DNA of 64,000 nt from Eledone cirrhosa (taxonomy: Eukaryota). Both the position numbers and the translations under genes were made by a program. Under the pieces are notes generated by a model that saw only the letters and a program-made list of their open reading frames with translations, ran no database searches and was not told where the DNA came from. The stretch is taken from the NCBI GenBank assembly GCA_964016885.1, contig OZ024749.1, positions 23,932,001 to 23,996,000 of the forward strand. Reading direction: 5' to 3'. The first letter of the stretch is position 1. The number at the start of each line of letters is the position of its first letter. Shown here piece after piece: positions 15,766 to 29,785 of this stretch.

Positions 15766-15966
15766 TNNNNNNNNNNNNNNNNNNNNNNNNNNNNNNNNNN
15801 NNNNNNNNNNNNNNNNNNNNNNNNNNNNNNNNNNNNNNNNNNNNNNNNNNNNNNNNNNNNNNNNNNNNNNNNNNNNNNNNNNNNNNNNNNNNNNNNNNNN
15901 NNNNNNNNNNNNNNNNNNNNNNNNNNNNNNNNNNNNNNNNNNNNNNNNNNNNNNNNNNNNNNNNNN
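15766..15966. other. Assembly gap
   Basis: Run of N. Confidence 1.
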
Positions 15967-16137
15967 GTTTTTGAAATGCGCATAATAAAATACATGGACC
16001 TTTTTTAACTATCTTTTGATCTTATATCATTTATACTCCAATCCTACAAACTGTAGAGTGCTACTTATCCGATATCTGCATTGCTTTATTGTACTACAAT
16101 AAAACTCACCTCCTACATTAAATATATATATATACAC

Positions 16138-16186
<49 letters not shown>

Positions 16187-16202
16187 CATGTATGTATATA
16201 TG

Positions 16203-16301
<99 letters not shown>

Positions 16302-16310
16302 CAAATTTTA

Positions 16311-16968
16311 TATAATTATACAAATTAACTTACTTACTAAAATTTCACTCCAATTAATTTGTTTCTGAAAGGGAATAAACATGGCTTCCGAATGGAACAC
16401 ATGGAGAAGGCCTTTCGTCATCAAGGAAGGCTATTCTCAGCTAAGTTCCCAGGCAATGCGTGGACACAGGGAACTTATACAAAAACAATTCAGTGGATGG
16501 AAAAAGCAAGCGTGGACTAAGTTCCAAGACATTGAAGAAATCACTGCCTACTCGGTCGGTGACAAATTCAAAAGAATCAATCACGTGACATCGAGGTTAA
16601 TCATTGAGGAGTGAGGTGTTAAGAAGACAGTAGCCGAACTATTACTATGAATTATAGTAGTAGTTTTGGCAAATTTTTGGCAAACAAAATATTTTGGAGA
16701 TAATTATAAAGAATTAGTATATCTACCAACATATATATACAGATGCATAACTATGCTAGCAAATATATAGGTTTTGTCTAAGTAACTTTGTGGTTCAATG
16801 CAAGGGGATGCAGAACAATTATATGAAAGACGTAAATAAAACTGAGAATAGACTTCCCTGATGATGAAAGGCCTTCTCCATGTGTTCCATTCAGAAACCA
16901 TGTTTATTCCCTTTCAGAAACTAATTAGTTGGAGTGAAATTTTAGTAAGTAAGTTAATTTTAATAATT
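16311..16968. mobile_element. Fold-back element with ~130-bp inverted arms in (TA)n, HHR-bearing
   Basis: 16311-16440 is the inverse of 16842-16968. (TA)n lies on both sides. Confidence 0.8.
16854..16934 (+). ncRNA. Type I hammerhead ribozyme (GUU site)
   Basis: ttcc-CTGATGA-tgaaagg...cctttca-GAAA-ctaattag-TT-ggag, with palindromic ACTAATTAGT stem III. The left-arm copy has a mutated core (TTGATGA). Confidence 0.65.
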
Positions 16969-16983
16969 TTCTTATTTTACGTC

Positions 16984-17079
<96 letters not shown>

Positions 17080-17235
17080 ATATTTATATATTGATATATA
17101 AATATTGATAGATATATATATATTGATATATACATTGATATATATATATATATATATATATTGATATATATTAATATATATATATATATTGATATATATA
17201 TATATATATATTGATATATATATATATATATATAT

Positions 17236-17303
<68 letters not shown>

Positions 17304-17450
17304 ATATATATATTGGTATATATATTGGTATATATATATAATGATATATATATATATATTGATATATATATTTATTGATATATACATTGATATATATATA
17401 TATATATATTGATATATACATTGATATATATATGTATGTATATATATATG

Positions 17451-17505
<55 letters not shown>

Positions 17506-17596
17506 GAGTCTTTTAAAACGAATATAACGTGTATAAATATGTTAGAGTGTATGTGTGAAATAATTTATGCAAATACATATATATATATTTATTTGA

Positions 17597-17656
<60 letters not shown>

Positions 17657-18042
17657 TAAATATATATATACGTGTTTGTGTGTATATGTAGGGATGTGTG
17701 CATGCGTAAATGTCTAAGTTGGCGTATTTATATATGACAAATATTTATACTTAATATATAATATATAACTTGATATCATATATATAACATAACATATAAT
17801 ATTATATATCACAATATATTCATGTTATGTAAAAATTCCACTCATTTATGTACATACCTACACTCATATAAATTTCGATAAGCCTTTGAAATTCTTAAAT
17901 ATGCGAGTCTCATGAGTAGTCGAAAATTTACTTATTTATATTAAAGACATAAATGTTGCAAGCTTTATAAGGATATTATACGTTTATAGCGATATAAACA
18001 TGTCGGCAAATAGAGCCTACACTATCACTCTCTATCTGCACG

Positions 18043-18078
<36 letters not shown>

Positions 18079-18104
18079 AATATATATATGTGTGTGTATT
18101 TATT

Positions 18105-18218
<114 letters not shown>

Positions 18219-18346
18219 TTATTTATATATATATATATGTATATATATGTATATATTATACATATATATGTGAAATTTTATGTATGTATATATATGTATG
18301 TTTCAGTATATGTATGTATATATATATATGTGTGTATATGTATATA

Positions 18347-18775
18347 TGGTGGCTGTCAACTCGTTTTCGAGTACGGCCACTACTTTATATCCATGTAGGA
18401 GAACCCCTACCGATGCGCTGAACGAGTGTGACTTTTAGTCAAGCCAGCGACTTCAAAACTCTGGTACAAACACTACACTTGTGACAATTATTGACACATA
18501 GTGCTGGGCCCATGGTACCATGTGACGGCAAGGGCAGAGAGATCTCCAGATATAAAGCAATGCCTGTGCTGTTAAGCTTTTATAGTGAAGAAAGGCACTG
18601 CACACAGCCAGTCCCACTCTCTTAACAAGATGATATTTACCAAAAACAAGAACTAGTCAAAGTCATTGGATACCATCAGGGTTGCAGGTGTTATATCAGA
18701 GTTTTCCTTCTCCAAGAATTCTGCCTTGACAAAGGCTAAGGGTTCATATCTGAGAGATGACCCCTTAGCCTTTGC
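18347..18775 (+). mobile_element. Non-coding interspersed repeat (~410 bp), copy 1
   Basis: Similar copies in the opposite orientation at 21995-22408 and 40530-40930. All abut (TA)/(TATG) tracts. Confidence 0.85.
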
Positions 18776-18889
18776 GAAAACCAACCAAACAGTGAGTGTG
18801 TTCTGTTATTTATTCTAGCAATATTACACAAATATGACCCTCCCCATATATATATGTGTATATATATGTATATATGTATATATATATAC

Positions 18890-18920
<31 letters not shown>

Positions 18921-18942
18921 TGTATATGTATATATATATATG

Positions 18943-18999
<57 letters not shown>

Positions 19000-19319
19000 G
19001 TATATATATATACATGCATATATATACATGTATATATATACATGTATATATATATATATGTGTATACATGTGGATATATATATATGTATATATATGTATA
19101 TATATATATATTTATATATATGTGTATATATATCTATATCTCTATATATGTATATATATATGTATACATATGTAAGTATACAAGGATCGGAATTAAGAGT
19201 ATTCCGCAGTTCACAGTAACAATAATAATATCCTGTAGATATTGTTCTCTACACAGTAATGGTAAAACTCACTTGTAATAATTATTTACACACATCTCAC
19301 TGTTTAACAGACTTTTCTT

Positions 19320-19443
<124 letters not shown>

Positions 19444-19536
19444 CTGTCTCTTATATGTTCCGTGTACCATTACCAACCTCAATTTTCTCGATAACCTTCG
19501 TTCTGTGTAGAAACTTACACTTTTCATATATATATG

Positions 19537-19570
<34 letters not shown>

Positions 19571-19990
19571 GTAAAAAGAATAGAGGTGTAACACACAAGT
19601 TATTATATATTGGTAAACGGAATAGAAAATGCTGACAAATTGTTCACAGTTGAAAAATGATTTAATTAGTAATAAAAGAGTATTAGTGATTGTATGGGTT
19701 AGTATTCAGTTGTGGTTTTAAGTTTTTAAGATTTTACCGATTGCGCATTTCTAAATGCTTTTCAAAAATAATTTTGAGATAGAGTGTCCGTGCTGTTTGC
19801 TCTGATCTGATTAGATTTGGGAATTCTACCTGTTTTTATGTTAAAAAAGTGGCTCCAGCGTTACTTTGGTGTTGCAAAAATTCTTGTGGTCAAAACAATT
19901 TTGATTGGTCGGTAGAGGTCATGTGAATAAAAAAATGGTTTTGCGCCAAGATTGAGAAATGACTCTTTCACAACAAATATGTGTGTGTGT

Positions 19991-20036
<46 letters not shown>

Positions 20037-20110
20037 CAGTAGTAGTAGTAAGGTGTTCGATGTTGTGATAATGGTTAGCAGCGATGTGTGTCAAATGGCT
20101 ATTAAGATAA

Positions 20111-20146
<36 letters not shown>

Positions 20147-20312
20147 GTGTGTGTGTGTGTGTGGGTGGACCAGTATTGTTTCCCCTTGGTAAAATGGTGT
20201 ACATTATTCGATTTTTTCAGTAAAGTCGGTTCTCTTAATAGAACGTCAAAAATCTTAACAATAAAAGGTGTGAAATGATATTCACTATATATATATATAC
20301 ACATAAATATAT

Positions 20313-20398
<86 letters not shown>

Positions 20399-20542
20399 TA
20401 TATACATATATATATGCACATATATTTGTTTGTGTTGCATCATAGAGCATGTGTGTTTACGTATGTCATTGTGTTTATATGTGGGTAGAGATGTTTGCTG
20501 ATGTAGGTATGTATGTTGACGTGTGTATGTTGTGGGTTCGTC

Positions 20543-21846
20543 TTAGGGAGAAGTGTTTAGACGGGGTCCGTATTTGTTAATGAAGTAAGATTCCTTGCTG
20601 ATGCGCTGGGTGTGGGTGGCATTATCTTTAAATTTGTAGAGGGGAAAGATTCTGAAGTTGGGATGATTTTGGGCGGCACAGGTATCAATGTGTTCACTCA
20701 GTGGTATTTTCCTGTATTCCCGTATTTTGATTTGGGATCTATGGACAGTCATGCGTTGGCGGAGGCTGTTTTTGGTCTGGCCTATGTATTGTTCTCGACA
20801 ACCTGAACAAGTTAATACATATATTAGATTTTCCGATGCACATGTGAAATTGTGTTTTACTATAAAACGTTGTCCATCTTTGAAATAGAATTCCGAACCC
20901 TCTATTAGGTTGATGCAAATGCCACAGTTGGGTCTATCGCATTTTTTTACTGTGGGTTTCGTTGTTGTGGTTGGCAGTACTTTGGTATGTGTTAAGATGT
21001 TTTTCATTGACTTGGATTGTCTTTTGCTCTTTATGATATCGTGTGTTCGTAGAATTTGGTTCATTTTATGGTCCTTTTACAATACAGGGATGTTCTGGAG
21101 GATGGTGTCAAAGACCTCATTGTTGAGGGGGTTGTGTGTGGAGATGTATGGAAGAGCTTTTAGTTTTGGTTGATTTACTTTAGGGTTGATTTACTTTGGT
21201 TGATTTACTTTAGGGCACGTTGGAGTCCATTGTCAATTAGTGATGCAGGGTAGTCCTTGCCTATGAGTGTGTCCTTTAGTTCTTGTAGCCGTAAGTAGCA
21301 GATGTTTTTATTGGAGACTATAGTACAGATTATCTTGGCTAAGTCGTAGGGAATATTAATTTTAACGTGTCTAGGGTGGCAAGAGTTGAAGGGGAGATAT
21401 TGCTTGGAGTCTGTGGGCTTGTAGTATATGTCTGTTTCTATTTTTTGTTATGGATCTTAATGAGGATGTCGAGGAAGGGGAGTTGTTGATGGCTGTATTC
21501 CATCGTGAAGTTAATATTTGTGTTGAGCCCATTTATAAGGGTGTGAAATTCTTTAAGTTTTTCGATGTTTTCGTGCCAAAGGATGAAGCAGTCATCTAGA
21601 TATCGCTTCCAGTTCCTTTCAATGTGTAAGTGGAGGGTGTTTCCAAATTTGTTTAGGACTTTAGTGTAGAGGGTGATTTCCAGGTATCCCATGACTAGGT
21701 CGGCATAAGTGGGGGCTGTTTTCGTTCCCATAGTGGTCCCAGATTTCTGCCTGTAGGGTTTGTTATTGAAAACGAAGTAATTGTTCTCCAAGATAAATTT
21801 GAGTCCCTCTATCACGAATTCTTTCTTGATGCGTTGTGGGAGTTCA
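20543..21846 (-). mobile_element. 5'-truncated Penelope-like retroelement (Neptune-like), RT plus GIY-YIG, disrupted
   Basis: RT motifs [53 protein letters not shown]. Linker KCDRPNCGIC. GIY-YIG domain FTCASENLIYVLTC..C..QYIGQT...RMTVHR...ES..I..Y...LN. Stops and frameshifts present. The 5' end abuts (TA)n. Confidence 0.9.
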
Positions 21847-21923
21847 TTGTGGAAATGAATATGCATGTTTATATATACATGTATATATATATATGTATAT
21901 ATACATGTATATATATATAAATA

Positions 21924-21994
<71 letters not shown>

Positions 21995-21998
<4 letters not shown>

Positions 21999-22408
21999 CC
22001 TGGAGAGTGACCCCATAGCCTTTTGTCAATGCATAATTCTAGGAGAATGAAAACTCTGATATAACACCTGCAACCCTGATGTTATCCAATGATGTTGATT
22101 TGTTCTTCTTTTTGGTAAATATCATCTTGGTTAAGAGAGTGGGACTGGCCTTGTACAGTGCCTTTGCTCACTATAAAAGCTTCACGGCACAGGCATTGCT
22201 TTATGTCTGGAGATCTCTCTGCACTTGTCGTCACATGGTACCATGGGCCCAGCACTATGTGTCAATAATTGTCGCAAGTGTAGTGTTTGTACCAGAGTTT
22301 TGAAGTCGCTGGCTGGACTAAAAAGTCACACTCATTCAGCGCATCGGTAGGGGTTCTCCTACATGGATATAAAGTAGCGCCGTACTCGAAAACGAATTGG
22401 CAGCCACA
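21995..22408 (-). mobile_element. Non-coding interspersed repeat (~410 bp), copy 2
   Basis: Reverse complement of 18347-18750. Confidence 0.85.
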
Positions 22409-22435
22409 ATATATATATGTATATATTCATGTAGA

Positions 22436-22475
<40 letters not shown>

Positions 22476-22514
22476 CATGTTTATATATACATGTATATAT
22501 ATATATATGTATAT

Positions 22515-22546
<32 letters not shown>

Positions 22547-22547
22547 A

Positions 22548-22666
<119 letters not shown>

Positions 22667-22947
22667 CGAAACGAAATCAAATTTTGTTTTGTTTGTAACT
22701 CACTTTTGTATGACTGACGCTTAAACAATTAAGTTAAAAATGTACATCCACATATGTATACTGAAATACTAGTATGCATATGAATACACACACGTGTACA
22801 TATGTAGATGTACCGAGTATTTCACTGGACACTTTACTGTCAGTGTCCAGCTATTCTGTATGTAAACACACAGACAAACCGGTTTTTAGAGTCATACTGG
22901 TTTTCGAGGAAACACCTTTCCTCTATTCTCCAGAAAGCCAGACAAGG

Positions 22948-22992
22948 AATATTGGACTAGTTTCGATGTTGTTACATCTCATCAGCAATATT
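22948..22992 (-). ncRNA. Minimal Type I hammerhead ribozyme (also 23414-23458 and 23880-23924, minus strand)
   Basis: Reverse complement of the motif at 24458-24502. Confidence 0.9.
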
Positions 22993-24457
22993 TACCTATC
23001 TTCCGGCCTTTCTAGAGAATCGTAAAAGCACATATCGTTATATGCTTTTTCTATGAACATTAGTAGTGGGCAGACTAATTTGCATAGAGCGTGAGTACGT
23101 ACCGGTTCAGCGGAGACGATAAAAACAAATAACGAAACGAAATCAAATTTTGTTTCGTTTGTAACTCACTTTTGTATGACTGACGCTTAAACAATTAAGT
23201 TAAAAATGTACATCCACATATGTATACTGAAATACTAGTATGCATATCAATACACACACGTATACATATGTAGATGTACCGAGTTTTTCACTGAACACTT
23301 TACTGTGAGTGTCCAGCTATTCTGTATGTAAACACACAGACAAACCGGTTTTTAGAGTCATACTGGTTTTCGAGGAAACACCTTTCCTCTATTCTCCAGA
23401 AAGCCAGACAAGGAATATTGGACTAGTTTCGATGTTGTTACATCTCATCAGCAATATTTACCTATCTTCCGGCCTTTCTAGAGAATCGTAAAAGCACATA
23501 TCGTTATATGCTTTTTCTATGAAAATTAGTAGTGGGCAGACTAATTTGCATAGAGCGTGAGTACGTACCGGTTCAGCGGAGACGATAAAACCAAATAACG
23601 AAACAAAATCAAATTTTGTTTCGTTTGTAACTCACTTTTGTATGACTGACGCTTAAACAATTAAGTTAAAAATGTACATCCACATATGTATACTGAAATA
23701 CTAGTATGCATATCAATACACACACGTGTACATATGTAGATGTACCGAGTTTTTCACTGGACACTTTACTGTGAGTGTCCAGCTATTCTGTATGTAAACA
23801 CACAGACAAACCGGTTTTTAGAGTCATACTGGTTTTCGAGGAAACACCTTTCCTCTATTCTCTAGAAAGCCAGACAAGGAATATTGGACTAGTTTCGATG
23901 TTGTTACATCTCATCAGCAATATTTACCTATCTTCCGGCCTTTCTAGAGAATCGTAAAAGCACATATCGTTATATGCTTTTTCTATGAAAATAAGTAGTG
24001 GGCAGACTAATTTCCATAGAGCGTGAGTACGTACCGGTTCAGCGGAGACGATAAAAACAAATAACGAAACGAAATCAAATTTTGTTTCGTTTGTAACTCA
24101 CTTTTGTATGACTGACGCTTAAACAATTAAGTTAAAAATGTACATCCACATATGTATACTGAAATACTAGTATGCATATGAATACACACACGTGTACATA
24201 TGTAGATGTACCGAGTATTTCAGTATACATATGTGGATGTACATTTTTAACTTAATTGTTTAAGCGTCAGTCATACAAAAGTGAGTTACAAACGAAACAA
24301 AATTTGATTTCGTTTCGTTATTCGTTTTTATCGTCTCCGCTGAACCGGTACGTACTCACGCTCTATGCAAATTAGTCTGCCCACTACTTATTTTCATAGA
24401 AAAAGCATATAACGATATGTGCTTTTACGATTCTCTAGAAAGGCCGGAAGATAGGTA

Positions 24458-24502
24458 AATATTGCTGATGAGATGTAACAACATCGAAACTAGTCCAATA
24501 TT
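24458..24502 (+). ncRNA. Minimal Type I hammerhead ribozyme, GUC site (also 24924-24968)
   Basis: aatattg-CTGATGA-gatgt(aaca)acatc-GAAA-ctag-TC-caatatt: 7-bp stem I, 5-bp stem II, palindromic ACTAGT stem III and an intact core. Confidence 0.92.
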
Positions 24503-25192
24503 CCTTGTCTGGCTTTCTGAAGAATAGAGGAAAGGTGTTTCCTCGAAAACCAGTATGACTCTAAAAACCGGTTTGTCTGTGTGTTTACATACAGAATAGC
24601 TGGACACTCACAGTAAAGTGTCCAGTGAAAAACTCAGTACATCTACATATGTACACGTGTGTGTATTCATATGCATACTAGTATTTCAGTATACATATGT
24701 GGATGTACATTTTTAACTTAATTGTTTAAGCGTCAGTCATACAAAAGTGAGTTACAAACGAAACAAAATTTGATTTCGTTTCGTTATTTGTTTTTATCGT
24801 CTCCGCTGAACCGGTACGTACTCACGCTCTATGCAAATTAGTCTTCCCACTACTAATATTCATAGGAAAAGCATATAACGATATGTGCTTTTACGATTCT
24901 CTAGAAAGGCCGGAAGATAGGTAAATATTGCTGATGAGATGTAACAACATCGAAACTAGTCCAATATTCCTTGTCTGGCTTTCTGGAGAATAGAGGAAAG
25001 GTGTTTCCTCGAAAACCAGTATGACTCTAAAAACCGGTTTGTCTGTGTGTTTACATACAGAATAGCTGGACACTCACAGTAAAGTGTCCAGTGAAATACT
25101 CGGTACATCTACATATGTACACGTGTGTGTATTCATATGCATACTAGTATTTCAGTATACATATGTGGATGTACATTTTTAACTTAATTGTT

Positions 25193-25259
<67 letters not shown>

Positions 25260-25263
25260 ATAT

Positions 25264-25822
25264 AATAATGAAATGACAGGAGGCTGGATTTGTGTAAATC
25301 CTTGAAAGGTTTATTATACTATGATCATTTCAATGACCGGGTTCCGTATGAATCCGGTGATATCATCAGGTATTCGAAATATAATACGTGAATGTAATAG
25401 ATAAAATCCATGGGGCTGAAAATCGTGGACCCGAGGGCGACCGCTATTCTGTTCCTTCAACCTCAGCCGGTCGCCCTGGGGTTGAAGGAACAGAATAGCG
25501 GTCGCCCTCGGGTCCACGATTTTCAGCCCCATGGATTTTATCTATTACATTCACGTATTATATTTCGAATACCTGATGATATCACCGGATTCATACGGAA
25601 CCCGGTCATTGAAATGATCATAGTATAATAAACCTTTCAAGGATTTACACAAATCCAGCCTCCTGTCATTTCATTATAATATTTAACTCCGTAATAGCAC
25701 CACCAACTACAAAAACAAAGACAGTTGAACTGCCTTACGTTGAGTACTCTCTATATTATTGCATTACGATTGACCATACAGAATAGACCAGCTCTATACA
25801 GTGGTGAACCTCAAACCTGAAT
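25264..25822. mobile_element. Near-perfect ~200-bp-arm hairpin element (25264-25678) with a right-side extension, HHR in each arm
   Basis: 25264-25466 is the inverse of 25476-25678, with a ~9-nt loop. Flanked by (TA)-type tracts. Confidence 0.92.
25569..25626 (+). ncRNA. Type I hammerhead ribozyme, AUA site (inverted copy at 25316-25373, minus strand)
   Basis: atac-CTGATGA-tatcaccgg...ccggtcatt-GAAA-tgatca-TA-gtat, with palindromic ATGATCAT stem III. Confidence 0.8.
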
Positions 25823-26007
25823 ACATGTATATATATATATATGTATATAAACATGTATATATAAATATATATGTATACATATATATATATACATGTTTAT
25901 ATATACATTTGTATATATAGTATATATATGTATATATATATACATGTTTATATATACATGTATATATGTATGTATATACATGTAAATATATATATACATG
26001 TGTATAT

Positions 26008-26038
<31 letters not shown>

Positions 26039-26160
26039 AATATAGACATAGAATATTCGAAAATATTCTGTATGTTTATAATAAACATTTTGAAGACCTA
26101 ATCGCTATAGAATAGAATACGTCACGTATTACAATTAGATTCTCGATAAAAGCAAGGGAA

Positions 26161-26203
26161 GTAATCTACGCGTTTCATTCTCGTTAGAAATCATCAGGAC
26201 TAC
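26161..26203 (-). ncRNA. Minimal Type I hammerhead ribozyme (also 26471-26513, minus strand)
   Basis: Reverse complement of the motif at 26952-26994. Confidence 0.88.
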
Positions 26204-26951
26204 ATATCCAGTGCTTTTATCGAGAATGACACAGCTAGAGACTTATAGAATACTTAGCTGTGTACAGGAACTGGTTTGAAAGAGCGGTTGCCGGTCCGGC
26301 AGAAATTAGAAATTGGAATAAATGCTCTGAAATAGCGATATATATGTGAATATAGACATAGAATATTCGAAAATATTCTGTATGTTTATAATAAACATTT
26401 TGAAGACCTAATCGCTATAGAATAGAATACGTCACGTATTACAATTAGATTCTCGATAAAAGCAAGGGAAGTAATCTACGCGTTTCATTCTCGTTAGAAA
26501 TCATCAGGACTACATATCCAGTGCTTTTATCGAGAATGACACAGCTAGAGACTTATAGAATACTTAGCTGTGTACAGGAACTGGTTTGAAAGAGCGGTTG
26601 CCGGTCCGGCAGAAATTAGAAATTGGAATAAATGCTCTGAAATAGCGATATATATGTGAATATAGACATAGAATATTAGATTACTTCCCTTGCTTTTATC
26701 GAGAATCTAATTGTAATACGTGACGTATTCTATTCTATAGCGATTAGGTCTTCAAAATGTTTATTATAAACATACAGAATATTTTCGAATATTCTATGTC
26801 TATATTCACATATATATCGCTATTTCAGAGCATTTATTCCAATTTCTAATTTCTGCCGGACCGGCAACCGCTCTTTCAAACCAGTTCCTGTACACAGCTA
26901 AGTATTCTATAAGTCTCTAGCTGTGTCATTCTCGATAAAAGCACTGGATAT

Positions 26952-26994
26952 GTAGTCCTGATGATTTCTAACGAGAATGAAACGCGTAGATTAC
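26952..26994 (+). ncRNA. Minimal Type I hammerhead ribozyme, GUA site (also 27262-27304 and 27572-27614)
   Basis: gtagtc-CTGATGA-t-ttct(aacg)agaa-t-GAAA-cgcg-TA-gattac, with palindromic ACGCGT stem III. Confidence 0.9.
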
Positions 26995-27771
26995 TTCCCT
27001 TGCTTTTATCGAGAATCTAATTGTAATACGTGACGTATTCTATTCTATAGCGATTAGGTCTTCAAAATGTTTATTATAAACATACAGAATATTTTCGAAT
27101 ATTCTATGTCTATATTCACATATATATCGCTATTTCAGAGCATTTATTCCAATTTCTAATTTCTGCCGGACCGGCAACCGCTCTTTCAAACCAGTTCCTG
27201 TACACAGCTAAGTATTCTATAAGTCTCTAGCTGTGTCATTCTCGATAAAAGCACTGGATATGTAGTCCTGATGATTTCTAACGAGAATGAAACGCGTAGA
27301 TTACTTCCCTTGCTTTTATCGAGAATCTAATTGTAATACGTGACGTATTCTATTCTATAGCGATTAGGTCTTCAAAATGTTTATTATAAACATACAGAAT
27401 ATTTTCAAATATTCTATGTCTATATTCACATATATATCGCTATTTCAGAGCATTTATTCCAATTTCTAATTTCTGCCGGACCGGCAACCGCTCTTTCAAA
27501 CCAGTTCCTGTACACAGCTAAGTATTCTATAAGTCTCTAGCTGTGTCATTCTCGATAAAAGCACTGGATATGTAGTCCTGATGATTTCTAACGAGAATGA
27601 AACGCGTAGATTACTTCCCTTGCTTTTATCGAGAATCTAATTGTAATACGTGACGTATTCTATTCTATAGCGATTAGGTCTTCAAAATGTTTATTATAAA
27701 CATACAGAATATTTTCGAATATTCTATGTCTATATTCACATATATATCGCTATTTCAGAGCATTTATTCCA

Positions 27772-27829
<58 letters not shown>

Positions 27830-28018
27830 ATATATATTCATGTATATATATATGTAGATACATACATGTATATATGTATATATATATATGTATATATATG
27901 TATATATATATATGCATGTATTTATATATATATACATATATACATACGTCTATTTATATATATATATATGTGAATATATTTATATATATATACATACAAG
28001 TATATATATACATACATG

Positions 28019-28054
<36 letters not shown>

Positions 28055-28102
28055 TATACATACATATATATATATACATACATGTATATATATATATATG
28101 TA

Positions 28103-28180
<78 letters not shown>

Positions 28181-28627
28181 CATGTATATATATACATACA
28201 TGTATATATATACATACATGTATATATATATGTATATATATATATAGTATTATACTTTGGGAGGGTCATGTTGCCAAAAAGAATCACATGCACCAGTGCT
28301 TTCACTTCAATTTATTATATATTAAATTCATAAATTTCGGAATTTATAAATTTAAGGTTGGTTGGTTGGTTCCACAACCTGACGATTGTTCATATATTGT
28401 CAAAGTTCTTTCGTCACACATTCTGTGACCTATTCAGTGAGTGGGGATTCGTTTCTTTGTTTTTGTGCCTCTCCTTCGTTCTGTCCTACGCCATCTTGTG
28501 TTTGTGTTTGTTGTGTGCATGTATTATATCCGAGTGTCTCTGTGTGTTTATATTTCTTTATCTATCTGTTTATTTACATGTTACTGGTTAGTTGTTTGTT
28601 CTATGTGTGTCTGTTATCATTTTGTCC

Positions 28628-29170
28628 TTAATTGTAAATTATGATGTTGCTGTTCCATTCGTGTTGTCTTTTTAATTTTGGTTGGAGTTCATTTATGTTT
28701 ATTGCCTCTGTGATTTGTCTAAACATTGCGTCTTTTCTGTGTGTAGATTCTATTTTTATTTCTATGTTCTCTAATTTACCCATATGTTCTATTTTAGCAT
28801 GTTGGTGGAGTACAGATGATTCTTTACTATCTTGAATCTCTCGCCAGTGTTCATTTATCCGTTCCCCTACACTACGAACTATCTCACCTATGTACAATAT
28901 ATTCTTATCTCTACATTGTCCTTCAGTACATCGTATGCTATATACTACATTTATAGTTTTACAGTTAATATGGGTGCTTAGTTTACAGATTATACATTTT
29001 TTATCTTTATAGGGAGGTCTTTGAAAAGGGTATGTATTGCTAATAAGTCTTTTTATGGAGGTACCTGGTCTTTCTACTATCTTAATATTGAGTTTATGTT
29101 TATCTAGGGCCCTTCTAAATTTGTAAGCTAATTCACCTCTAGGGGTTGTATCGATGAACATTGCACTCAT
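28628..29170 (-). mobile_element. Penelope-like element 3' fragment (GIY-YIG endonuclease); 3' UTR extends to about 28245
   Basis: IKIVERPGTSIKRLI...CIIC...CKTINVVYSIRC...C...LYIGE..RSVGERINEH...SVLHQH...RQITEAINI....P.L.R..EW. Confidence 0.85.
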
Positions 29171-29191
29171 TATGTATATATATACATGTAG

Positions 29192-29235
<44 letters not shown>

Positions 29236-29275
29236 ATATATATATATATACATACATGTATATAATACATATATG

Positions 29276-29400
<125 letters not shown>

Positions 29401-29525
29401 GTATATATATATATATGTATATATATGTATATATATATATATAAATATATATTTATATATATATATACATGTATATATTTACATACATGTATATATGTAT
29501 ATATGTATATATATATACATACATG

Positions 29526-29643
<118 letters not shown>

Positions 29644-29654
29644 CATACATACAG

Positions 29655-29785
29655 AGTGTAATGTTCACCGATACAGCCCCTAGAGGTGAATTAGCTTACC
29701 AATTTAGAAGGGCCCTAGATAAACTCAATATTAAGATAGTAGAATGATTAGGTACCTCCATAGAAACACTTATCAGCAATACATA
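29655..29785 (+). mobile_element. Inverted partial duplicate of the 5' end of the 28628-29170 PLE fragment
   Basis: agtgtaatgttcaccgatacagcccctagaggtgaattagcttac... is the reverse complement of about 29030-29168. Separated from it by (TA)n. Confidence 0.85.

Larger units (their letters stand above)
26039..27775. mobile_element. Retrozyme-like tandem array, 310-bp unit, ~2.1 units then ~3.5 inverted units, one HHR per unit
   Basis: tatagacatagaatatt at 26041, 26351 and 26661. Inverted units (ttacttccct) at 26681, 26991, 27301 and 27611. Units are essentially identical. (TA)n flanks both ends. Confidence 0.95.

Noticed and set aside
22774-25073. Repeated 60-aa ORF (SSYSVCKHTDKPV...) in the 466-bp unit
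   Set aside because: It is antisense to the ribozyme, mostly lacks an ATG, and is repeated only because the DNA unit is repeated.
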